Shown in pieces: positions 1 to 11,134 of a stretch of DNA of 64,000 nt. The stretch comes from Gnetum montanum. Its lineage: Eukaryota; Plantae; Gnetophyta. Position numbers and translations under genes: made by a program. The stretch lies in assembly GCA_015680685.1 (NCBI GenBank), contig MNCI01000627.1:532625-596624 (forward strand), given 5' to 3'. The first letter of the stretch is position 1. Each line of letters begins with the position of its first letter. Under the pieces are notes generated by a model. It ran no database searches and was not told where the DNA came from. It worked only from the letters and a program-made list of their open reading frames with translations.

Positions 1-825
1 ACGGACTCTTTGAATGTGGGATTGTCAGGGCATTAAGGGCATGAGCCTGCTTTGGGGAGGACCCACTGACATTCCTATTTGGAACATTAGTTAACTTCTT
101 TTCCTTAACATTTTTGCAATTAATTAACATTTTTGTTCATTTCCATCCTGACATCCCTTTCACTGATGCCATAGTTGTCCCATTTCCTTACCTTTCCTAC
201 TCCTTTTCTTTCTCCATTCTAATGCTACCGGAGGTTCGCGATTTCTCCTTATTTTTATCCTAAGCCCCGGATTTTTTCGTTTTTCTTCCTAACCCCTACA
301 CCTTCGGTAGTCATCATCTACATTTTCCCAGATCCATATCATCCATACCACAACTTAGCCAAAGAACTTACACTGAAGCAAGGTATGATTTACTTAATGA
401 TTCAATTACCCTTGCTAATATATGATTGTGTTGTGGGTGCAGATGGCCATCATACAACAACGGAATGGATCTGGAGCAAACACTTGGAGTGGAGCAGCAT
501 TGAAGCCGCTATGCAAGGAGCAAAATTGATAATGCACTTACGGATGGACAACGGAAGGCGCAATCTAGGCGTTGGCAGCAACAAGACTCTTCTCTCTTCT
601 TCTCTTCTATTCTCTTTCCTCTTTTCTCTCAGCTGCCAAATATGGCCTGATGTCATTGTAATAAGGTGTTCACCCTTGTTGTCATGAACTCCAGTTTTGT
701 CAAGTCTTGTAATAAAGACCGTTCACATGTCATCCCATTAGTTCCATTTCCCCCTAATAATCCCATACCTACTTGATATCATTGTAAGGAACTCGAGGAC
801 GAGTTTTCATTCAGTCATGGGGGTA

Positions 826-1820
826 TGATGAGACGCGACATGCANNNNNNNNNNNNNNNNNNNNNNNNNNNNNNNNNNNNNNNNNNNNNNNNNNNNNNNN
901 NNNNNNNNNNNNNNNNNNNNNNNNNNNNNNNNNNNNNNNNNNNNNNNNNNNNNNNNNNNNNNNNNNNNNNNNNNNNNNNNNNNNNNNNNNNNNNNNNNNN
1001 NNNNNNNNNNNNNNNNNNNNNNNNNNNNNNNNNNNNNNNNNNNNNNNNNNNNNNNNNNNNNNNNNNNNNNNNNNNNNNNNNNNNNNNNNNNNNNNNNNNN
1101 NNNNNNNNNNNNNNNNNNNNNNNNNNNNNNNNNNNNNNNNNNNNNNNNNNNNNNNNNNNNNNNNNNNNNNNNNNNNNNNNNNNNNNNNNNNNNNNNNNNN
1201 NNNNNNNNNNNNNNNNNNNNNNNNNNNNNNNNNNNNNNNNNNNNNNNNNNNNNNNNNNNNNNNNNNNNNNNNNNNNNNNNNNNNNNNNNNNNNNNNNNNN
1301 NNNNNNNCTCATTGCTAGGCTAGAACGTGTGATAAGTACGACTTAGTTACGAGCACCCACGGGTGTGTACGGCTAGCTAAGGAATCAGCTACTTATCACA
1401 CTTAAGCTAAATAGGTGCCTCAGTACGACCACTTCGAGCACTTGCGTTACGTGTGGTGATCCCAGTAACGATTAGCGTTTGGTAAGCCACAGTTGCATAG
1501 TTCAGGGTGTGTCCAGTAAGTGGGAACAGATGCTAACGCTAGTTAATTTAGACTTAGGACATTAGTTAGAGTTAGTTAGTTTCTCAACCCTTTTCCCGGA
1601 TAGCTTAGAAGATAAACCGAAAAATACCAAAAAAATCACATACCTCAGACTTGCTTAACCATACACCGTGACACTTACAAGTAAGCCTGGGAAGACAACG
1701 AACGATTAACCCCAAGTGTTTCTTGTGGTGTTAAGGCATTTAGTCTGTGGAGTTCGACCGGATCACGCGTACACGCTCGTATTCATATGGTTGAGTGTAG
1801 GGGTACCTCGCCACTCATCA
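826..1820 (+). repeat. 3' LTR (partly in an N gap)
   Basis: TG...CA termini. The end 1750-1820 is the reverse complement of the LTR end at 5317/25748/38631, but the interior is clearly diverged (different subfamily). Confidence 0.85.
845..1307. other. assembly gap (N run)
   Basis: Run of N. Confidence 1.
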
Positions 1821-4800
1821 CTAAGCCTAAGACGACATTTCACTTAGAAAAAGCAACATAGCCCTTACCTTAAAATTGAGGAAATCAAGTTTTCACCTTG
1901 TATCAACATAGTTGTGATGTCATAGCATATGATGTATTAATGTAAATGTGACAACACAACCAACCAATTTTCCTATAAATATAAGCAACATGTGGTGCAT
2001 TTCTCATAGTTTTTAGTCTATAGTAGTGAGATTTATTGGCTTTAGAGGGAGCCACCTCATGATCAATGAGGTCTTACGTAGTGGAGGTTTTTGTTCTTTT
2101 GTGTTAAGCATGACTTGATTGCGATTTTGCTGAGGTTGCAACTATGTTGTGATGATATTCTTCTTCTAGCATGGATTGAACATGACTTTGGTGTAGGTCA
2201 TGCTTGGTGCCAATAAAGACTAGAAATAACTACAACAACTAATTGCGACTAGGTCATAGGCTGTACTAGATTTTAAGTGCAAGCTAAGTGTTGATGTGAT
2301 GCAATGAGCAAGAAGGTTTTGAGTTATGCTAGAGTAGCAACAGGTGGTTTTTGTCCATTACAAGTCTACTACAACTTGCAGTGAAGTTGAAAATATGCTT
2401 TTGTGTAGACTATAAGGGGACAACAGATATGGTGTAAGCAATGGAGTATCACCATAGGGATAATAGAGTATTATCATAGGGGTATGAGTCAATCGTAGGT
2501 TGGCTACATGCTAAAGAAAAGGCTAATGAATTATTTAAAAGGGGCCATGATGTAGTTGTAATAGGAATGCTAGTGCACTACGAGTAGTTGGCAATTTTTT
2601 TCATTTAACTACAAGTCCACTGCAACTTGCAATGTTGTCAAAAAATTTGATGGTAATCACTCAAAGGATGTGAGGGCACCATGAGGGTGACACAACTCAT
2701 GATTTTACTATAGATAATTTTCCAAAACTTGAATTTTGAATGGAACTTATGCGTATCAACTTGATCTTGATTCCTCCTTCCAAGATTTTTTTGTTATGAT
2801 CTATAGCAAAGATGAAAAGCCTAGAATGATGGGATTTTGAAGAGAAACCAAAAATTTCTAAGGTGTGGGATTTGTTTTGGTAACTCCATGGCTAAGATTT
2901 TGAGGATGGAGTGTCCCCCCTTATTCTTGACTTAGGCTTAAATGGCTCATACCTATATGAGTAATTTGAGAGCAAAGAGAAATGGAAACTTGGCTTCATG
3001 GAACATGAGATTGCAAGCTTATCTTTTAATTGGTTTATGTTATAAATTAGAATAGGAATTAAAACAATACTAGAATGATAAAATGCTTGAAATAATGATA
3101 TTGATATAGGTGATATAACTAAGATGTTGAAATTGATGAAACCACTATTTTTTTTTAATTTTTTGCATACAAGAGAGAGATCTACTCATTTAACACTCAA
3201 CTAGAGAGAGAACATCAAAATATTATAAAACTTGAGAGAGAGAAAATAACATATAAATGAAGAGAAATCATAAACTTCTATTGCTAGATTGAATAAAATG
3301 ATGCATCAAGATAATGCCTCTTGAGAAGGTGCTTTTATAAGCACTCTTTACTTTGCTCCAAAATGGTGGTGGAGTTCCTCACATTCTCTCATATGATGAC
3401 ATGATTGGAGGTGGAGGTGCTTAAGAGCATCCTCCACATCTTGGGGAGTTCTCTCTTGTCTTGACTTTCTCTCACAACATAGAAATTTGCATAAATTTAG
3501 CTATTTAATTTAATACATAAAATTAATTCTTTAGTGTTGTTAGATGCATTTCAATAGACTCACTAATTATTATCACTGTTGTTGTTAGTTTCTTGGGTAA
3601 GTGAATGCAAACCGCTTGCTAGGGTATTTTGTTAAAGTTTTGTATCCTTTGTTTCACTATTATTGGCTGAGTCATAGATCTATTGTATATTATATGATTA
3701 AATGTTTAAATCCAATTACCCCAAGAAGTTTTCTTTTTATCAATTATCATGCCTTTACAAGTATTTGATTTTGCATATTTTATTCTTTATGCACATTTAG
3801 TGATGTATATTCAATCCTTATCATGCACATTTATTCTTTATTATGTACATTTAATTATGTATCTTTTTATTTTATTATGCATATGCGATTATATAATCTT
3901 CTATTCATAAAGCAATCTAGAATCCTAACCCTAGACAATGCCCTTATTACTTTTTTTTTATTAAATTAGGATTTGAAATTCATTTTTAATCATAATTTAA
4001 TATTGTGTAAATTAGATTTGTTAAGGGAGTACCTTAGGATGATGTCCTACCTAGAATCTAACCTTACCAATGTGTTTGACATGTTTGAAAACATAGGTTT
4101 GAACCTTAGTTCACTAAAATCGAAGTTACGATTCTTGCGATATCACACTTTCTAATTTGCTAGAATACTATAAATGTAAATGTAAGTGTAAATGTAAAAG
4201 CATGTTTGTGCAAAAATGTAAATATTACATGCACATACATATATGTATTATATGCATAACATTGACTGTTAAGGATGTTAGAAGTGAGGTTATTACCAAG
4301 ACCCAACCATGAGTAACTTGTTTGGGGTCACAAGGCTAATTCGATGATAATAGTAAGGTTATTTCAAGAGATGTTGGTAAGTCCCTTTGGCAATGAGGAT
4401 AACCAAGACCTAGACTTTGGAGATGCCTAGTTAAAATATACATTCTTTGGATTTTTGTTGAACAAATTTGTGATATTTTTGGACATTAAAATAATTTAAA
4501 TGTTAATTTGATGATAGTAGTGAGGCTATTTCACGATCTGATGGTTCATGTTGGCAGTGAGGATAACCAAGATCTAGCCTTCAAAGATGCCTGGATAAAA
4601 TATACTTTCTTGCGATTTTTGAATATCTTTTGGATTTCTAGATTTCTTTTAGATAGTTGGAAAATTTGTGGCATTTTTGGACCTTGAAACATTTTTGAAG
4701 GTTTTATTGGAAACCTTTACCTAGCCCATATCATGTGACTTTTGTCTCTAAACCTTTATGCTCTATGAAGAGGGAAATATAATAACTTTTCTTATTTGAG

Positions 4801-5316
4801 GGGTTCTGACTTCTCCATTTTGATGCAGAGTGCCCATAGTAGCTATAGAAAGACTAGAAGAGAGACATGGGAAAAAAGGTGGATCAATTTTGTACAAGAT
4901 GGACCCTCTAAACTTAGAGAGTAATTTATGTATATTTTGTATTGTTGTAAAATGGAAGATTATACATGTTTTGGATATTTGACTCATGTACCTGTTTTTG
5001 TGAATAAATAATAAAGTATGATAGAGTGAAATTTTCATATGTGTTGTTGGGATTGTGAGATTGCAAGGAGCATTTTTCATTTTGGTGTGAGCTATATGTT
5101 CAAAAAATTTTAATATTATTCATTATATATTAAAATTTTATTTAATTATTATTTTTAATTTTTATTAATTAATTAGTACAGTTTAAACTTGAATATCTTT
5201 ATTTCTAGATGTCTAATTTTAGCAAAATAAGTGTCATTGGGATTGTTATTTTGTGTACTATTTAATGATGCAATTAGTAAAATTTTTCAACATCTACAAT
5301 TTTGTGGTTGTGTAAA

Positions 5317-6131
5317 TGATGAGTGGCGAGGTACCCCTACACTCAACCATACGAATATGAGCGTTTCATGCATGATCTGATCAAACTCTGTAGATGGGCT
5401 AGTTGTGGTATCTAGATAGTTACTCGTTGATTGCAGTTCGCTATCTTCCCACCTAGACTAGTATTTGCTTTATCACGTATGGTTTAGTCCAAAGTGAGGT
5501 GTATGATGTGGTTTCTAATCTAGTGCTACTCCTCGAGGCAATGGAAAATAACTTTTAGTATGCTAGGAGGAAAAGGGAGAGAGAATCTAAGCTAGCCTAA
5601 GTGCGATGAGCATCTGTTCCTTAATCATTCGTATACATCTTGGACCTTGTGCATGACTACTACTAGGATTACCAAGCGCATGTCCTAGGTACGCTACTGG
5701 GATACCAAGTAGTCACACTTGAATGCTCATGATTAAGTCGTACTCATTCCACGTTTAAGAAGTTTAAGGTGAAGATATATTAACTACGAAAGCAATCAAT
5801 AACAATAACAATTAAATAATTAAACTAAGTGCATGTTGCAATGATGAAGTAATCTTGGTCTTTATTTTCGGTCATGTGCATGTCCAAGTACGTCACACTT
5901 GAATAAAGGTGTTGTACAATTACAATCATCACACTGCAGGCATGCACTGGGGAAAAGGTTGAGAAAGACTAAAAATGAAAACCAACCTACTTTCATTGTG
6001 CGCCTAAGGTATATTTATAGGCCTGCATAGGAGCCACAATATCACATATACGATATCGCGAGCCAGGCCATGATATCGTGTATGCGATATCACATGTGCG
6101 ATATTGTGACCTAATAAATCACGATTCATCA
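5317..6131 (-). repeat. 3' LTR
   Basis: TGATGAGTGGCG...GATTCATCA, followed by the PPT complement TACCCCCATG. Confidence 0.92.
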
Positions 6132-6291
6132 TACCCCCATGACTGAATGAAAACTCATCCTCGAGTTAAACAAAAAGAGAACAAGCCCCATTGATTACAT
6201 AGTGGATAGACATGGGATTATTAATTAACTAGGGATTTATTCATGTTGTAGTGGAGAACTCAATAAAAAAAAATTAGGACACAACAAGAAA

Positions 6292-9127
6292 TTACAAAAT
6301 TACAAAATTACAAAATTGCAAAATTGTAAACTTTATTTGGCTCATGTGGTTCCAGGTGGCAATGGCTCCTCCATGGGTCACTTCCCCTTGTCCCATGCTC
6401 CAGGTTTTGGAATTTGATGACTTTGAAGTAATGCCTAGAGCTTTTCCTCTTTCATTCAGGGATGCTATGTTGTCCATGCTTGATGCTCCAATGTTTGATG
6501 GAGTTGGCACCTCCCATGGACATGGTAGTTGTGGGAACATCTTATTTGATTTGACATACTAAGTTGCAAACAACTATTGTTCCTCGTCATAGGCTCTGGC
6601 TTTATCCATGTACTCTTGAAAATCCATAAGCCATCGAGCCAACTCTACTGCGACATCTCTCTAGCCTTGGTAGCTAGTCTGTCAAAATTTGTGACTTCTA
6701 GCTTCTACAACATTTTCTTGTGCTCCAAAAATTATGCTTCATATTTCGTGTAGGTGGTAGCTACCTGCTTCTCAAGCTCTATTCTCGGGCATCCTACTGT
6801 CAACATAGCTAGATTGGCATACCATAGGTTTACCAATTCCATGTACTCTGTGAGGTCTTAAATCTGCAGATCCCATATTTTAAGCTTTGCCTGGTGGGCA
6901 AATGCATATGTGTCTAATATGGCCCACCAATCAATGTGTTGAGCACGGAAAGTGTTATTGTGGGCCTTGGCCATATGGATCTCCTTTTCTATGACTTGCT
7001 TGTACATTCCCACTTGGTCTCTAAAGTGCTCCTTTAACTTTTTATGCCGCTTGGATTCATTTTGCCACATGCTTATTTCAATGGCCATCTTCTAATGGAT
7101 CACACGTACCTCCTTCGTTGAGAGGGTTTGATTCTCTCTTCCCAAACAGTTCATGTCTTGGTTGACCTTGACCAATTTTTTTCATAATTGCTGAAAGTTT
7201 TTCTTAAGAACATTCTTTTGTTTCTCCACAGTGGTCAACCAAAGATTATCAGTAGCAAGCTGTTTATTTTCCTCTTGTAGGACATTGAGTGCCTTGGCAT
7301 GCGTGTAGGTTTGCACTTGTGCCTTGGAGGAATCCCAGTTGGCCTTCTCTTTCTCCTCTGCCACTCTTTTATTGTCCACAAATAGTTTATTAAGCTGCTC
7401 TATCCTAAAAGTGTCTATCTGGTCTATGGGAACAAACTGAGATGGGTCCTGCTATGCAGCTTGTAGGGTGACAAGCCTCTTCTAGAGTCTTGTCAACTCT
7501 ACTTCCACGTGCTTGACCTTGATCTCTGCCATAACTAGCTTTCCTTTAGTGGAGATGAGGTCTGATTGTGCTGCTATGACATTCTTGGGGAATGTCAAAC
7601 AAGGACGTCATTACTTGTCTTATTTGCAGCAATCAATCAAGGACATCCTCATGCTCTGCAGGAGTCATTGAGGGATTGGCCAGGGTTTAAGCATCTCATG
7701 CTTCTATGAAATCTGCCAGTGGCACAACATGGACGTTGAGAGATTCTTTGATGTGGTCTGTGACCACTTCTGTAGCTCCTACTGCATCCTGGTGCTGCAT
7801 GACCACCACAGTGGCCCCTTCACCTGTTTCCAATTACACCTGAAAAGATGCAGCATTCTCTGAAATCTGTTGTGACCAATGAGTCTCCCCTCCTCCTGTT
7901 TGGATGGACAACTCACCCCATGTGCGATGAATAGAAACTATGGACCGTACGATGTCATTGATGATGAGGAAGAGATTAGAATCATCATGACTTCTCCAAT
8001 TGACTGTCTCAGCGATAGCCCTGAGGTGGCTCATCGATGACCGGTAATCCTGCGGTGGTGGCGATTGATCTTGCTGGCTTGTGTTGGGCCCTACTTCTTA
8101 TTGTTGACCATGCCTCATGCTTGGAAGTTGGCTAGGCTCTGTAGTTTAAGTGGAAATGGGCCCCTCCATCTATTCTTGCTCTTACTCTAGCTTTAGTGTC
8201 TCACCAGCACTTTTCTTTGGAGCTAGTGGCTTTAGTAGTTTCAGTGAATGAAGCATTCTGGACTCTTTTGAGGATGTCATTGGTGTATCCTAGAATACTA
8301 GCATGTTTGCATAACTTCCTGATGAGACAAGGAAAGGGCAACACGAACTTCCCTATCTTGCATTCTTCAAATCACCTTAAGATCTCCATGAGATATAGAT
8401 GAGGAACGTTAGCATTAGCCTTTCCCATCAATATCACACTTTCTCTTGTCGCATATGTCGAGATTTTTTTTAATCCTCTTGTGGGGAAGATGTGATAAGT
8501 GCCAATCTTGAAGTATATCCTTTCTTCTTGCGTCAACTCTCCATATGTCTTGTCTTCTTTACCGTACACCCTATTCAACTAAACCCTTCATGCATTAGCA
8601 TCATAGTGAGTGGACAGGTGAGTAATTTTTGGTCCTATATTTGGAAGGTTCAACACTTTCAAGATGGCCTTGGAGAAAAAATCTATAGACACACCATAAA
8701 TGTTGATTGTGGTGCCTTCTTCCTTATTGTGCCAAAATTGGTACATTTCTCCTATGTTCCAGGCACCACTTTTAGAGAGGATAGGCCATAATGGAGACCC
8801 TTTGAGTTGGTCCCTAACAACCTCAGGAGTGAATTTCATGAAAGGTCTGAAGTTCAATTCCACGATCACTACAGCCAACATGAACTTTTCACGGATGGCC
8901 TAAACACACTCCGGGGGCAACGTGAGTTGTTGTCCCTGTTTAGGCATTGCAACTACTGCTCCTTCTGCCTATCCCAATTGTATAGTAGCAGGAGTCTCTT
9001 GATGGATGCTAAATGATTGCACCTCCTCCTCGGTACGTTGTTCGGGAGATGCTTATCCTCTGCCTCTCATGGGTTGCTTAGACACACCTTGAGAGGATCC
9101 TTTTTATTGTTCATGCTTTGGGGCCAT
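6292..9127 (-). pseudogene. decayed Athila-type accessory ('env-like'/putative plant transposon protein) ORF, ~2.8 kb, with coiled-coil-like C-terminal half
   Basis: Starts TGATTGCAG|ATG GCC CCA AAG (MAPK). Fragments 8588-8881, 8372-8578, 7182-7379 and 6858-7088 are colinear with those at 26.7-29.5 kb and 53.1-56 kb. LPFPCLI.KLC motif near 8310-8345. Multiple stops. Confidence 0.75.
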
Positions 9128-9630
9128 CTGCAATCACATGGGGTTAGTCATTAGTAAGGTTGCTTACCAAAATTAAGTTATACCTTACTTCTTGTCCTAA
9201 TGAATTTGTCTCTTATTTCATGTGATTTAAAGTTAGGAATTTTTTATGAAAATGTCCCCAAAAGGTTTTAATATTTGGCCCTCTTTAATTAGGTGGCTTT
9301 ACAATTTTAATTTCCTGATATAAGTGAGGAGATGAAGTTGTTTTTGGCATATATTTATCATTTTTGTATAATTAATTACCCTTGATAGTGTCCTTTGGGT
9401 GATGACGAATTTTGAAAAATTTGTGCATGATTCAAAGTGTACCCCTCCCTCATGACTAAGCTGAACACTCCAGGTTTAGATAGGTTAAAGTAGAACGAAA
9501 ATTGGAGTGTTAGCGAGCAAGTTATGGCTGTTGGAATAAGAGATACACAAGTTGCAAGTTGTAGAAGAAAATTTGAAAAACTTCCCCATGTGAATAGTTG
9601 CAAATGATGTTGACATTCCTACGGGGGCCA

Positions 9631-9680
9631 TATTTATAGTTTTTGGGGGATGCGATATCATGTTGGATGCAATATCGTGT
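9631..9680 (-). promoter_or_regulatory. putative internal promoter of the accessory gene (TATAAATA plus two CGATATCG-type motifs)
   Basis: TATTTATA at 9631-9638, then GCGATATCA and GCAATATCG; same motif and similar spacing as in the LTR promoter. Confidence 0.55.
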
Positions 9681-11003
9681 CTTGTTTAAAGTAGGGTACT
9701 TAGAAAAATGGATAAATTTTTGAAATTCCTAACTCAAAAATGAAGGACTTGAAGTCGATGTAAAGGGTCTAGGGTAATATTGAGCAGGCGTGAAGGCACA
9801 AAAAGGATAATGGTATAAAATATGGCAATCAAAGCCATGAAGAGTATGAGGAAAAAGGACATGTGTTGGTACATAGGAACGTTTGAACCAGAAGGATGAT
9901 AAGGGAAAGAAGAATGTTGGTAGTGCAATGCGCGAAGGGTGTAAAATGATGTGAGGGTAATGTGGGACAAGTGCAAATTACAAAAGTCACACAAGTGGGT
10001 CCTCCCCAAAGCATCTTCTAACCTATAATGCCCTTACGTAACCACACCTTAAAATGTCCATAGGCACTAGAAGGGTTAAATGTAATCCACACCAGTTCCA
10101 CAAAACACACACATGTAGATACCACTGTGATAAGGTATGAATTCAATGCTACACAAGACACAAGTCACAAATTCATGAACAATGAGATGAGGTGAATTGT
10201 AGAAGGGATTGCAGAGATTAGTACATGAGGTAATTGACTCAGGGCACAATGAATCCTCAGTGTAAGGCATGATTAATGTGTCATTAACCTGTCGCTCAAA
10301 ACCAGGACCAAGTCCATTCCTCTGATCAGTGTATGTCCATGGTGGTCTTGACTGTAGAATTGAATCAATTTTAAACGTCTTAACATAGATAATTAGGTAG
10401 ATACGGTATTCATCATTAACTATATGGGCTCTTGATAAACCTGCCCAAAATCTTCTGGCAACTACGAGCATATTGTATGATAATATGTTAGTAGCCTGCC
10501 TAATGTTTGCCAACAGATTGTACTGCAACTTTGTTGCAAACATCATTGGTGTCTCTTCGTTTTGCTGTAGGAAGAAAATGCAATAACACAAATGAATGAT
10601 CCATGCTGAGGTTCTACTGAAATTGCATTTACTCGGACGAAAATATTTTTAGTCATTTTGGTTTCAAAGCCTACCATTAATTTCTCAGCTTAGCATTCAA
10701 TATCTATTGAACTATTATTTCAACATTCTATATTAAGCTCACCCAAAAAAAATCAGAAAATCAGAAGAAAAGGAGATTAAAAAAAAAAGATAAAAAGTTT
10801 ATTTCTCTAAATGCTAATTACACAACCAGTTAATCTTCTGCATTGGCGCTACACAGAAAATGTTATGTTTGATGTAAATATGTATTTTGCTGTTTTCAGT
10901 GGTTGCTGTGTGTTGATGTTGTACAAGTTTTATTAATGCTAAAACTACCTCTAAAACAAACATTGTTGCATTCAAATGAATAAATTGTCCCAAATGATTT
11001 CAG

Positions 11004-11134
11004 GTGGTCTAAAGCTAAACCTCTCCCTGGAGCTTCTCGTCTTATTAAACATCTATGGAAACACAAGGTGCCTATAGCGTTAGCATCTAATTCACCGAAG
11101 GATAATATAGAAGCCAAACTTTCTTTTCAACCAG
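11004..11134 (+). CDS. FHY: FHY/RFK exon (HAD domain, ALASNS motif)
   Basis: ttcag|G TGG TCT AAA...CAA CCA G|gt. Confidence 0.9.

Larger units (their letters stand above)
1..1820 (+). mobile_element. 3' end of an Athila-like Ty3/gypsy LTR retrotransposon (internal tail, PPT, 3' LTR); 5' part lies upstream of the window
   Basis: GAGGACGAGTTTTCATTCAGTCATGGGGGTA|TGATGA at ~796-831 is the reverse complement of the PPT/LTR junction at 6126-6165. The LTR ends ...GGTACCTCGCCACTCATCA at 1820. Confidence 0.85.
1821..10328. repeat. segmental/tandem duplication, copy A (paralogous to 19778-30661)
   Basis: Colinear, high-similarity match from CTAAGCCTAAGA.GACATTTCAC to AGTCCATTCCTCTGATCA, with paired ORF-track entries (3973/23342, 4763/25194, 7834/28263). 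Confidence 0.95.
5317..10328 (-). mobile_element. truncated duplicate of the Athila-like element at 25748-39464 (3' LTR and accessory gene region only)
   Basis: Same insertion site (GTAAA|TGATGAG) and sequence as 25748-30661; stops abruptly at 10328. Confidence 0.9.

Noticed and set aside
815-1346. ORFs spanning N runs (also 21888-22136)
   Set aside because: Artefacts of gaps.
10285-10328. in-frame retroelement-FHY fusion protein at the junction
   Set aside because: TAA at 10285-10287 in the FHY frame and no ATG between it and the junction.
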